A stretch of DNA of 64,000 bases from Octopus vulgaris (GCA_951406725.2 OX597815.1:119846001-119910000); one strand, 5' to 3'. Shown: positions 25,925 through 39,019, numbered from the stretch's first letter. The notes: a model not told the origin generated them from the sequence alone. Translations and numbers: made by a program.

Positions 25925-27589
25925 TTCATCATCATTTAATATCTGTTGTCCATACTGGTATGGGTTGGACAGTTTGATCAGGGCTGGTAAGCTGAAGGAC
26001 TGTACCAGTCTCCATTCTAATTTGGCATGGTTTCTATGGATGGATCCCCTTCCTATAGTCCTACAGAGCCTTTTACGTGGATCCACATATGTGTTTTTAT
26101 GCAGCACCACATGGCCATTTTTACATGGCACTGCACAGGTGCTTTTATGGAGTACCACAAGGGTGCTTTTACATGGTGCTGCCATGTGTACTTTACGTCA
26201 CCAGATGGACCAGTCTTAACACATTTGTGGTGGAGTGTGGGTCTTCTTGAGTACCATATATTTATATATAAGGTTTATTCATCTATGTGTGTGTGTGGTT
26301 GTACCCCACTCTCCACCACTGCTTGACAACTAATGTTGGTTTGTTTATGTCACCATAACTTTGTTGTTTGGCAAAAGAGAGCAATAGAATAAGTACCAGA
26401 CTTGAAAATAGATAATAGGGATGATTTGTTTGATTAAACCCTTCAGGATGGTACCCCCATCATGGTCTCACTCCGGTAATGAAAGCAAGTAAAAGAAAAA
26501 AAACAGAAGAACACACCAACCCAAGGTGCAAAACAGAGGGACCAAACTAAAAGTTACTTTTTAATCCATGTTTGCACCTATCATAACCCCATGATAAAAC
26601 TTGAAACGTCATTCTTAACTTTTTCTTTGATTTAAGAAAACCAAAAAAGAAGCAATTATTTTAGTTTTTGACATCACCAAGAAATTAATATTGCTCCATA
26701 TTGCTCCATAAATATTGCTCCATTTGAGAACACCAGAGTATGACCAATATGAGCAGGAATACTCTAATGCTGTGTAATCCAATCATTTGACGTGATTACT
26801 TAATAAAATTGCGAAAAAAATAATTGATTTTTCTGTTAAGCAAGCAGCTAACCATTTTTGAGATGCACTGAGCATCATGGGAAAGAAGAGTAAGATTATA
26901 CCACTAAGATATGGTTGTTATAATTTCTTTAGTGTACTGACACATATTTATATATTATATGACGCTGACTGAAAATATATAAAGATAATATTTCATGACT
27001 AGTTTTCTAACATAAATTATTCATTGGATAAAATTTGCTCCTTAAAAATTATTATGGTGTTATCATAATAATGTAATTGGCTTGAAAACTATTTGCATAT
27101 CTTTAAATATGTGTGTGTTTTAGTCTGTTGTTATAAACACTGATAATATTTAATCATCATCATCATCATTGATTAACGTCCATTTTCCATGCTGGCATGG
27201 GTTGGATGGTTCGACTGGGGTCTTGGAAGCCAGGAGGCTGCGCCAGGCTTCAGTCTGATCTGGCAGTGTTTCTACAACTGGATGCCCTTCCTAATGCCAA
27301 CCACTCTGAGAGTGTAGTGGGTGCTTTTTTACGTGCCACCAGCACAGGGGCCAGAGGGGGCTGGCATTGACCATGATTGTATGGTGCTTTTTATGTGCCA
27401 CCAGCATGGGAACCAGTCAAGGTGGCACTGGCATCGGCCACGTTTAGATAGTGCTTTTTACATGTCACCAGCATGGGGACCACAACAACAATTTCCATTT
27501 AATTTTGATTTTGATGTACTTGACTCAATAGGTCTCCTCAAGCACGACATGTCACCCTATGATCCAAAGTACTTTTTGTTAATTTCAAA

Positions 27590-28235
27590 TATTTGTACAA
27601 AGCCAGCATTTCAGTAGATTGGATAAGTTGATTACATTGACCCCATTGTTCAATTGGTTCTTATTTTATTGACCCCCAAAAGGATGAAAAGCAAAGTTGA
27701 CCTTGGCAGAATTTGAACTCAGAATGTGAAGACGCTTGCTAAGCATTTTGCCCAGCATGCTAATGACTCTGCCAACTTGCCACCCTAATAATAATAATGA
27801 TAATCTTTTCTACTAAAGGCACAAGGCCTCAAATTGGGGGGGAAGGGGGTACGTCAATCACATCGACCTCAGCATTTCACTGGTATTTAATTTATCGACC
27901 CTGAAAAAGGAATGTCGACCTTGGTGGAATTTGAACTCAGAATTTAAAGACATGGTGTGTTGCTAAGCATTTTGCCCAGCATGCTAACAATTCTGCCAGC
28001 TGGCCGCCTTAAATAATAATAATAATAATAATAATAATCCTTTCTACTGGAGGCACAAGACCTCAAATTTGTTGGGAGGGGACTAGTTGATTACATCAAC
28101 CCCAGTGTTATTGACCCCGAAAGAATGAAAGGCAAAGTCAACCTCAGCAGAATTTGAACTCAGAATGTAGTGACAGGCAAAATACCGCTAAGCATTTCAT
28201 CCAGCATGCTAACAATTCTGCCAGTTCACTGCCTT
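27590..28235 (-). mobile_element. Three head-to-tail SINE family A copies separated by (TAA)n tails
   Basis: aatttgaactcagaat..gctaagcattt..ctgcca recurs at about 27710, 27928 and 28151. Confidence 0.85.
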
Positions 28236-28519
28236 GATATTACTACTACTACTACTACTACTACTACCACTACCACCACCACCACCACCAGCACACCCAC
28301 CACCACCACCACTGCAGCTGCCACTACCACCACCACTGCCACTACCACCACCACCACTGCCGCCGCCACCACCACCACAACCACGACCACGACCACGACC
28401 ACCACTACTACTACTACTACTACCAATGATAATGATAATAAGGTGGAGTCAAAAAAGTCTTTTGTATTTCAAGTTTTAATTAATAGTTCAAACAAATTGC
28501 ATATGAAAATCATTTGTAT

Positions 28520-28660
28520 ATTTGAATATATCCAAGTGTATTCTATTGCCTGTTGCCATTGTTGAACCAAAAACTCAATCCCCCACTTATACCATTTGGC
28601 TGGTTTTAGAGGCAAAAATCTCCCTGCACCCATTATCAACTTCATCCACATTGTTGAACC
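28520..28660 (-). mobile_element. Mariner transposase C-terminal remnant
   Basis: KPAKWYKWGIEFLVQQWQQAIEY resembles the mariner GI..L..RW..I terminus. Confidence 0.5.
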
Positions 28661-28662
28661 TT

Positions 28663-30849
28663 CATCATCATCATCATCATCATCGTTTAGCGTCCGTTTT
28701 CCATGCTAGCATGGGTTGGACGGTTCTACTGGGGTCTGTGAAGCCAGAAGGCTTCATCAGGCCCAGTCAAATCTGGCAGTGTTTCTACGGCTGGATGCCC
28801 TTCCTAACGCCAACCACTCCGTGAGTGTAGTGGGTGCTTTTTACGTGCCACCCGCACAGGTGCCAGACAGAGCTGGCAAACGGCCACGAACGGATGGTGC
28901 TTTTTATGTGCCACCGGCACAAGGGCCAGGCGAGGCTGGCAACGGACACGAAACGGGGCGGTGCTGGCAACGGTCGCGAAACGGAAGGTTCTCTTACATG
29001 CCACCGGCACTGGTAACACATCTGCAATTTCCATTGATCGATTTCCATTCTGATCCTCACTTGCCTCAACGGGTCTTCACAAGTAGAGTTTCGACATGCC
29101 ACCGGCACTGGTAACACATCTACAATTTCCATTGATCGATTTCCATTTCTGATCCTCACTTGCCTCAACGGGTCTTCACAAGTAGAGTATCGACATGCCA
29201 CCGGCACTGGTAACACATCTGCAATTTCCATTGATCGATTTCGATTCTGATCCTCACTTGCCTCAACAGGTCTTCACAAGTAGAGTTTTGTGTCCCAAGA
29301 AGGGAAGGTATGCATACGTAGGCTGGCTCCATCCCAAGTAGAAGGCCACGGGTTATGGACTCACTTGTCCTGCCGGGTCTTCTCGCGCACAGCACACTTC
29401 CAGAGGACTCGGTCTCTAGTCATTTCCTCAGTGAGACCTAAAGTTCGAAGGTCGTGCTTCACCACCTCGTCCCAGGTTTTCCTGGGTCTGCCTCTTCCAC
29501 AGGTTCCCTCAACTGCTAGGGTGTGGCACTTTTTCATACAACTATCTTCATCCATTCTCGCCACATGACCATACCAGCGCAATCGTCTCTCTTGCACACC
29601 ACAACTGATGCTTCTTAGGTCCAGCTTTTCTCTCAAGGTACTTACACTCTGTCGATTATGAACACTGACATTACACATCCATCGGAGCATACTGGCTTCA
29701 TTTCTTGCGAGCTTACGCATATCCTCAGCAGTCACGGCCCATGTTTCACTGCCATGTAGCATGGCTGTTCGTACACACGCATCATACAGTCTGCCTTTCA
29801 CTCTGTGCGAGAGGCCTTTTGTCACCAGCAGGGGTAAGAGCTCTCTGAACTTTGCCCAAGCTATTCTTACTCTAGCAGTTACACTTTCAGCACACCCGCC
29901 CCCCGCTGCTGACTTGGTCACCTAGGTAACGGAAACTATCAACTATTTCTAGTTTTTCTCCCTGGAAAGTGACGGAAGTTGGTCTCAGAGCATTTTCGGT
30001 GTCTATTGTTCCTGAGCATCTGCCACATACAAAAAACATCTTCCTAGTTAGCCTTCCTTTGACATTGCTGCACCTCTTATGTGTCCATAGCTTACACTTG
30101 GTGCATCTTATAGAGTTTCTACCTACACCTTTTCTACAGATCGAGCAGGGCCATCTACCTGAAGGCGTTTGTGATTTGTTTACCTTCCTACTGATTACGA
30201 CTTTGGTTTTAGCTAGATTGACTCTGAGGCCCTTCGATTCTAATCCTTGTTTCCACACCTGAAACTTCTCCTCCAGTTCTGATAGCGACTCAGCAATTAG
30301 AGCAAGGTCATCAGCATAGAGGAGCTCCCAAGGGCATCCTGTCTTGAATTCCTCCGTTATTGCCTAGAGGACTATGATAAATAGGAGGGGGCTGAGTACT
30401 GAGCCTTGGTGGACCCCTACCTCTACCCGGAATTCTTCACTGTACTCGTTTCCAACCCTCACCCTACTAGCAGCATCCCTATACATGGCCCGCACAGCTC
30501 TCACTAACCATTCATCTATCCCTAGTTTCCTCATTGCCCACCAGATAAGGGATCGGGGGACCCTGTCGAAGGCTTTCTCCATGTCAACAAAAGCCAGGTA
30601 CAGGGGCTTATCTTTGGCTAGGTATTTCTCCTGCAGCTGCCTTACCAGGAATATAGCATCAGTAGTACTTTTCCCTGGCACAAACCCAAACTGCATCTCA
30701 TCTAAACTAACTCTCTCTCTAATTAGTTGGGCTATGACCCTCTCCGTAACCTTCATCACCTGATCCAACAGCTTGATACCTCTGTAATTATTTGTATCTA
30801 GGGCGTCACCTTTACCTTTGTAGCAGTTGACTATTATGCTGCTACACCA
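28663..30849 (-). mobile_element. Young 5'-truncated RTE-clade LINE
   Basis: YKGKGDALDTNNYRGIKLL, AFVDMEKAFDRV, GVHQGSVLSPLLF, WELLYADDL, PHD-type finger, WYGHVARM; three 98-bp tandem units in the 3' UTR (about 28997-29290); (GAT)n tail. Confidence 0.95.
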
Positions 30850-31905
30850 AGGAAATGAGCCGTGACTTAGAAAAGGTAGTAATCTGATGTTGCAGGGTCT
30901 GGACTGTAGGTAAGGGTGAGGCAGCACTTCCAGCCTCTCAAGTTTCTTAAGTTTGCACTTGGTCACATTGGCAGTGTGTGCTGGGATATTGTCATGCTGT
31001 AGGAGTGCTTATCTTTGATTGGTCAATGCCAGGTAGTAGGCTTTCAAAGCATCATATACTCACTGCAATTGTTGAGCATAAATGTTAGCCTTCACACCAT
31101 CTAGGACAAGCTCAAAGTGCAACACTTCCTTGAAATTCCATCAAATATACAGTATGACCTTCTGTTCAAACCATTCTTATTTGACTACAGGTTCTGAAAC
31201 CTGGCCAGAATGAAGCTACCAATTTCTCTTATTAGGATTATGAAAATAGAGCCATTTTTCATCCCCAGTTACATTTTAACACAAAAATTGGGTGTCTCAA
31301 GGATTTGATAGCAGTTTGCGAAAAAAAAAAAATATTTACTTGTAATTGAGCATGGTCATTGGTCAGTTCATGAGAAACTTCTCAACAGCATGTTCCCAAG
31401 GCCAAGCTTATAGAGGTGTTGACTGATGGTGCTTTGCCAAAGAGGAAGTTCTGTTGTCAATGTACAAGTGCTTGTGTTCAGCTGTTGTTCAACCATTTTA
31501 AGTGGGGCTGTGTCTTCCACAGTAGAATATCTTCTTGATCTTGGTTTGTCTTCAAGACTTATGTCACTTTCCTTGAAATGTCTGAGCCAGTTTTGTGCCA
31601 CACATTCATTGACAGTTCTTGGGCCTTCCACATTATTAATTTCTTTTGCCACTGCCTTTACACTCAGTCCTTTTTCTCCACAGGTAACATAAAATGGCTC
31701 TGATTGTAATTTTTTTCCCTACTCATTCTCAAAGCTTTAAAACAAAGAATAAGCAATTTATGTTTGCATGTTATACATGAAAAGAAAGAATAAACAATCC
31801 AGCAACAATTGGATAACGAGTATCAAATTAACGATATAACATGGAAATACAAGTTGCCAAAATTCATCAGTGAAAATCTAAAAAAACTTTTGGTTCAACC
31901 TGGTA
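30850..31905 (-). mobile_element. Decayed mariner element
   Basis: AKEINNVEGPRTVNECVAQNWLRHFKESDISLEDKPRS HTH; VTGDEKW near 31255-31275; TIR-like taccaggttgaaccaaaagt at about 31885-31906. Confidence 0.8.
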
Positions 31906-32008
31906 TAGTGCCAAAACACATCAGCAAAGAAAGAAATATACTTTAAATTTTCGTAGCTTTTATTATTGTGCTGTTGGTGTTGTCGTTGTTGCTTTTGACA
32001 GTGATGAC

Positions 32009-32057
<49 letters not shown>

Positions 32058-32182
32058 GTGATAAAAAAGGATAGATGAGGGAACAGAAAGCAGCAATAAG
32101 TCAAATAAAGGAAATTAGTAATGATAGCCAAAAGTGCATGTGTAGTACACAGAATAAAATACAAAAAGCAGAAAAATGAAGA

Positions 32183-32350
32183 GTAGGAGTGGCTGTGTGG
32201 TAAGTAGCTTGCTTATGAACCACATGGTTTCAAGTTCAGTCCCACTATGTTGCACCTTGGGCAAGTGTCTTCTACTATAGCCTCGGGCTGACCAAAGCCT
32301 TGTGAGTGGATTTGGTTGACGGAAACTGAAAGAAGCCTGTTGTAAAAATG

Positions 32351-32411
<61 letters not shown>

Positions 32412-32865
32412 TTGTGTGTCAGTGTTTGTGCCCCCAACATCGCTTGACAACCAATGCTGGTGTGTTTACATTCCCGTAACTTAGCAGTTTGGCAAAATAT
32501 ACCTGTTTCTTTACTACCCACAAGGGGCTAAACACAGAGGACAAACAACGACAGACAAACGGATTAAGTTGATTATATCGACCCCAGTGTGTAACTGGTA
32601 CTTATTTAATCAACCTCGAAAGGATGAAAGACAAAGTCGACCTCAGCGGAATTTGAACTCAGAATGTAGCAGCAGACGAAATACCGCTAAGCATTTCGCC
32701 CGGCGTGCTAACGATTCTGCCAGCTCGCCACCTTTTGGCAAAATGTTCCGATAGAATAAGTACTAGGCTTACAAAGAATAAGTCCTGGAGTTGATTTGCT
32801 TGACTAAAGGCAGTGCTCCAGCATGGCCATAGTCAAATGAAGAAACAAGTAAAAGAGTAAAGAGT
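32183..32865 (+). mobile_element. SINE family B (tRNA head, CORE-like accttgggcaagtg, internal TA/TG microsatellite) with a nested SINE A
   Basis: Head aggagtggctgtgtggtaag..gttcagtccc; SINE A (-) at 32505-32732 flanked by tttggcaaaat duplication; other B copies at 5475, 7300, 13925, 37403, 40700, 42613, 44770, 51955. Confidence 0.85.
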
Positions 32866-34226
32866 AACGTGTAAAAGAGCCATAAAGACAAAGGGGTTCA
32901 GGGTCACATCAGGACCAGTGCTAGAGAGTTCTGGGAAGCAGGGGAATTTTTAAGAAGATAGTGTCTTAGCAACTAAGTACCAGCACAAGTGATGTGTTCT
33001 TTGGTGCGACAATTCTGAGCATAAAGTAATGTAATGGGTGTTGTACTGTTGGTTGATTTTATAAGCAAGTGATAGAGGTAATGAATTCCCTACCCCACCA
33101 AAAAAAATGACTTGTTGGAAAGGTGGTGGATGATTTTGTGGGCTTCTATCAAATCAGCAGATACACAGTGAAACCCAGAGAATATGATGATGATGGTAGT
33201 GATGATAATGATGGTGATGATGATGATGATAGTATGATGATTATGATGAAGATGGTGATGATAATTATGATAATGGTGACGATAATGAAGATGATGATGA
33301 TGACGATGATGATGATGATGAAAATGATGGTGGTGGTGGTGGTGGTGGTGGTGGTGGTGATGGTGGCAATGCCAATGATGATAACGATGACAACTACAAT
33401 GATGAGGATTGTAAGGTGAAAAGTAAAGGAAATGGATTTAGAAGCACAAATCAAATGTATTATACTTGACCCCCTTCCCACCCTCACCCTATATGAACCT
33501 CACATTGCAAAGACTTGTTGGGGCAAGTGAAATCGAAATTGAACTAAATTCGATGACAGGCACCCATGCCAGTGGAGCGCTAACAGCTCCATCCGAGCAG
33601 GATCACTGCCAGAGCAGCTGTCTGGCTTCCATGCCAGTGGCACGTAAAAAGTACCATTTGAGCATGATTGTTACCTGCATTGCCTAACTTGCACTTGTGC
33701 TGGTGGCACGTGAACAAAACATTCGAGCGAAGTTGTTGCCAGTGCTGCTGGAGTGACTCCTGTGCAGGTGACATGTAAAAAGCACCATTTGAGTGTGGCT
33801 GTTGCCAGTACTGCCAGACTGACATCCTGCCGGTGGCACGTAAAAGCACCCACTACACTCTCGGAGTGGTTGGCGTAGAAACTGCCAGATCAGATTGGAG
33901 CCTGGTGCAGCCATCTGGTTCACCAGTCCTCAGTCAAATCGTCCAACACATGCTAGCATGGAAAGCGGAAGTTAAATGATGATGATGATGATATATACAC
34001 ACACACACACACACATATACATATACACACATCTATATGTATATTTATATATATATATACATATTCGTATATATATATATATATATGTACACACACACAT
34101 GTATATATATATATTTATATACGAAAGAAGGTTTGAAAATGCAATTTTAAAAGATGTTTATTTACTTTACCGGTTTCACTCTTTAGAAAAAGATTGTCAA
34201 AAGTAACATGTAAAAGTTTGGTTGTG

Positions 34227-34645
34227 TTAATTATTGTCACAAAATGCTACAATACATATATACAGTCTTTGGTAACAAGAACATGTTAAGGACATAAAAA
34301 AGTTTAACAAGTTCATTAAAATATTGGGCACAAAAGATTACAACATAAATACTCATTCTCAAGGAAATGTTAAAGATAGTTTCCAGAAGGAATTATTAAA
34401 AAGTTCAGTGGAATAGTGGTATTGTATCTGTATATTCATACACGTACAAAATATTAATTGTCACAAAATACTACAATACATATATACATTCTTTGGTAAC
34501 AAGAACATGTTAAGAACATAAAAAAGTTTAACAAGTTCATTAAAATATTGGGCACAAAAGATTACAACATGTATATACATTCTCAAGAAAATGTTAAAGA
34601 TAGTTTCCTGAAGGAATTATTAAAAAGTTCAGTTGAATAGTGGTA
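34227..34645. repeat. Tandem duplication, unit about 225 bp, about 1.9 copies
   Basis: attgtcacaaaat..gaatagtggta occurs twice with few differences. Confidence 0.9.
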
Positions 34646-34767
34646 TACACGCACAGAATATTATGAGTTCAAAAAAGTTTACATTATAGTTGTAGGGAAG
34701 CTCAAACTGACCTGACTACCATGTTATCGAAAAAGACTATTTTCTATTTCAAGAGACACTTATATAT

Positions 34768-34804
<37 letters not shown>

Positions 34805-34838
34805 TGTATGTATGTATGTATGTATGTATGTATGAATG

Positions 34839-35268
34839 TTAAATTCAACTTACATTGAAAGTCAACAAACAATGTTTGCTCTGGAAGCATTGAGATGTAT
34901 TGAAAGATAAGGAAATAATTTTATTCTCAAATGCAGGATAGTGCTAATAATATAGCATGAACAGGATAAACTGTCCATATTTTGCAGAAAAATTTGTTGC
35001 CGGCCAGCTGACTTTCAATGTAAGTTGAATTTAATGTACGATAGTGTCTTATGAAGCTAGATGTATATATCCTAAATTTTCAGAAGAATTTGTAATTGGG
35101 GCAGTTTAGCTTAATGGAAAAGCACTTGGCGCGAAATCACAGGGATGTGAATTCAAGTCTCATGGCTGGCCGGTGAGAGATTTTCCTGCAAACTATGGAT
35201 AGCTTATCCTGTTCATGCTGTATTATTAGCATTATCCTGCATTTGAGAATAAAATTATTTCCTTATCT
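34839..35268 (+). mobile_element. tRNA-like-containing repeat with interlocked inverted repeats
   Basis: A 34839-34864 / A' 35009-35034; B 34905-35008 / B' 35165-35268; tRNA-like segment 35099-35171 with A and B boxes and acceptor stem. Confidence 0.7.
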
Positions 35269-35408
35269 GTATCATATATATGTATGAATATATGTATATA
35301 TATGTAAATACTGCTGCATTATATATTTCATGTTATATACCTGTAAATGCATGGGCTAAATGAATATATACATACATACACATATGTATGTGTATGTATA
35401 TATATATA

Positions 35409-35439
<31 letters not shown>

Positions 35440-35689
35440 CATACATACATACATACATGTATATGTATACACATACACACACATTCCTATATTCTTTTAG
35501 CCCAGTGTATTTACAGGTATACGAAATATAAAATCCATCTCTGATATTCCCAATTTTGAACCAGTTTTATCCCTCACTAAAACATGCAATTCTGTAATTG
35601 CTCTTGAAAGCTAATTCTTCAAATCACTTGCATCTATCTCCAGATATACACCAATCTTTTGCATATTTTAAAAGCAACTATTGCATTAA

Positions 35690-36250
35690 CAATGACAATG
35701 ACGATGACGACGATGATGATGATGACGATGATGATGATGATGATGGTGATGATTGTAGTGGTGGTGGTACTGATAGTAGCAGTGGTAGTAGTGATAGTGG
35801 TGGTATCAGTGAAAACAGTGACATTAATGATGAGGATGAAACTGGTGGTGGTGACAATGATTATGATGACAACAATGATGGTGATGCTGCCGAGGATGGT
35901 GGTGGTAATGATGATGACGATGGTGGTGGTGTTGGTAGTGGTGGTAGTGATGGTGGTGGTGGGTGATAGTGGTGCCGGTGGTAATACCAGTGGTGGTGGC
36001 GGTGGAATTGCTGGCAATGATGATGATGATGATGATGTTGATAATGGTGTAGATGCCAACTATGATGATAGAGACAAGAATGACGATGACAACAACAACG
36101 ACGAGGATGAGGTAGAGGACGACATTGTTGGAATTGTTGGCGGCGACGGTGGGTCGGTTGTGACAGCAATGGTGATAGCAGTGGCGGGGTGGGGTGATGG
36201 CAGAGTGGAAGATGGAGGTGTGCATGACAGCGGTGACAGCAATGGCAGTT
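35690..36250. repeat. Degenerate GAT/GGT trinucleotide low-complexity tract
   Basis: Visible directly; multi-frame low-complexity ORFs. Confidence 0.8.
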
Positions 36251-36730
36251 GAGATGAAGTAACGGGGAGATGGTGGTAGCGATGGACTGGTTGCTTGATT
36301 TGCACAGGAAGCAATTTCTTCAGCAGCGTTACAATAAAAATATTATAGATATTTCAGTAGCATATACTTGCAGTGAATCATTTGATGCCAGGGCAAAGAT
36401 GAGAATAGCTGAGTTGTAATTATTATTGTTATTGTTGTCGTTGTTGTTGCTGTTGCTGCTGTTGTAATTGTTGCTACTGTTCTTGTTTTTGTGATGTTCA
36501 TTTTTCGTTAATGATATTTAGAGGGATTATATTTATTTTGATATATTTATATGTATATTTTTTTTTATTTTCAAAAATGATTAATTTTGTTTGATCATAC
36601 ATTTCTCTTTTTCCTTCTTTTTTTCCCTTTTTTTTTTCAAATTGCTGGATCTGGATGAAGGGACAATGCTCATGTTTGTTGCAGACCCCTTTGAGGACAG
36701 TGAGATTGATGCTGGTGCTGTTTTGCTTAC

Positions 36731-36771
36731 ATAGTTGCAATAGAATTCCAAAGGTGTAAAATTTCGGGTAC
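36731..36771 (-). other. Candidate exon (41 nt, possibly extending to a stop near 36582)
   Basis: Long pyrimidine tract ctctccctattttgtttaag|GTACCC and donor CTAT|gtaagc; all three frames open. Confidence 0.35.
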
Positions 36772-37202
36772 CTTAAACAAAATAGGGAGAGGGAGAGAGA
36801 GACAGATAGATAGATGTATAGATAGATCGATCAATCGATACACACACACACACACACATCACCACCACCACCACTACCATCATCATTATCATCATCATCA
36901 TCATCATCATTCATTTAATGTCTGTTTTCCAAGCTGTCATGGGTTGGATGACTCGACTGAAAATTGGTAAGCTAGGGAGCTACGCCAGTTTTTAATCTGA
37001 TTTGGCCGGGTTTCTACAGTTGGATGCACTTCCTAATGCCAACCACTCCAAGAGTGTAGTGGGTGCTTTTTGCATGTTACCAGCATGGGTGGCAGTTATG
37101 ATACACTAGCATCAGCTATGACTATGATCTCACTTGGCTTGACAAGTCTTCTTAAGTACTGTATATTGCCACAAGTCTTGGGCATTTGTCACTATTATAT
37201 AG

Positions 37203-37251
<49 letters not shown>

Positions 37252-37353
37252 GTTAGTAACATCCTGATAAAAAATTTCATAACATTTTTTTAAAAAATCA
37301 CCCTTACACTTCAAAACTGCATTAAGACCTTCAAATATACATATTTATATATA

Positions 37354-37404
<51 letters not shown>

Positions 37405-37798
37405 TTTTATTATTTTACTTGTTTCAGTCATTTGACTGTTTGACTGTGGCCATGCTGGAGCACCACCTTTAGTTGAGCAAATCGATCCCAGGACTTATTC
37501 TTTGTAAGCCTAGTATTTATTCTATTGGCCTCTTTTGCTGAACCACTAATTTACGGGGATGTAAACATACTAGCATTGGTTCTTAAGCAATGTTGGGGGG
37601 GGGGGGGGGTGCAAACATAGACACAGACACACACATACATACATATATATATATATACATACGACATGCTTCTTTCAGTTTCCGTCTACCAATCCACTTA
37701 CAAGGCTTTGGTCGGCCTGAGGCTATAGTAGAAGTCACTTGCCCAAAGTGCCATGCAGTGGGACTGAACCCAGAACCATGTGGTTGGTAAGCAAGCTA

Positions 37799-39014
37799 TT
37801 GGGTTGTCCGGAAAGTTCGTGTCGATTTGTAGTCGCTTACATTTTGACTTATTTTAGAACATGGTTGAGTCCATAAAATAGGATTTGACTACACCTCCAT
37901 TTAGAGCACCGTTTAAGCTGTCTTTTTGTGGAAGAAGGTTTATGTTCCTATAATTTGTGTTAATTCTGTAACCCTTTAAATTGGAAGATAAGAAAGTTCC
38001 TTTTCGGCACCTGATGCTTTTCTTTTTCCGTAAAGGGAAAAATGCCTCACAAGCAACCAAAGAAATACGCGCAGTTTATAGTGATATTTCTTTATCCAAA
38101 AGAACTGTACAGAAGTGGTTCGCAAGGTTCCAAGCTGGAGATTGTAGCCTTATTGATAAAGAGCAATCAGGCAGACCATCCACTACAGATGATGACCAAA
38201 TCAAGCCATTAATTGAGAATAACCCATATTGCAGAACCTGAGGCAGAAAGCCTCAACCTATCAAAATCCGTCGCTCATGAGCACCTGGTAAATCTTGGGT
38301 ACACAGATTGCTATGATGTGTGGGTACCACATGATTCACTTTATAAATGGAATGAAAACGCGCCTTTATTGAAGCAAATTGTGACAGGTAATGAGAAATG
38401 GATTATCTACCGAAATGTTCAGAGAAAGCGATCCTAGAGTAAGCGACATGAACCACCCTTAGCCACCCCAAAAACTGGTCTTCAGCCTAAAAATGCCTTG
38501 CTTTGTGTCTGGTGGGATTGCTTCACCCAAGTAACCAGACAATTAATTCTGAGAAATACTGCACACAAGTGGATGAGTTAAAAGCAGCAATTCAAGAGAA
38601 ATGTCCAGAATTGGCCAACAGGAAAGGTGTTGTTTTCCAACATGATAATGCAAGACCGCACGTTTCTTTGGGAACCAGACAAAAATTACTACAGCTCAGC
38701 TGGGATGTGTTACACCACCCTCCATATTCACCAGATATTGCTCCTTTGGATTTCTATTTATTCAGGTCTGTGCAGAATAGTCTTAATGGTAAAAATTACA
38801 ATTCCTTGGATGAGGTTAAAAAGACACCTTGATGAATTCTTTGCCATGAAACCACCTCAATTCTGGGAAGAGGGTATTTTCAAGTTAAAGGAAAGATGGC
38901 GACGCATTGTGCAACAAAATGGTTCATATTTGGTTGATTAAAAATGTAATGGTAAGTATTTATTGACCTTTTTCTTTCCTTTAAAAATCGGCACAAACTT
39001 TCCGGACAACCCAA
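37799..39014 (+). mobile_element. Near full-length mariner (DD34D), inactivated
   Basis: TIR ttgggttgtccggaaagttcgtgtcgattt / aaatcggcacaaactttccggacaacccaa, TA TSD; WVPH, IVTGNEKW, FQHDNARPH, HPPYSPDIAPLDF motifs with frameshifts. Confidence 0.95.
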
Positions 39015-39019
39015 TACTT

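Noticed and set aside
35099-35171. Functional tRNA gene (also the SINE heads)
   Set aside because: Mismatched acceptor stem, no clear anticodon arm, degenerate T-loop, embedded in repeats
35634-36314. Ser/Pro/Thr-rich mucin-like CDS
   Set aside because: Trinucleotide-derived, broken by a stop and frameshift, no splice boundaries found
36582-36645. Polybasic plus CAAX-like tail (KKKREKKKEKEKCMIKQN*)
   Set aside because: Derived from an A-rich tract, and the Cys is not fourth from the C-terminus
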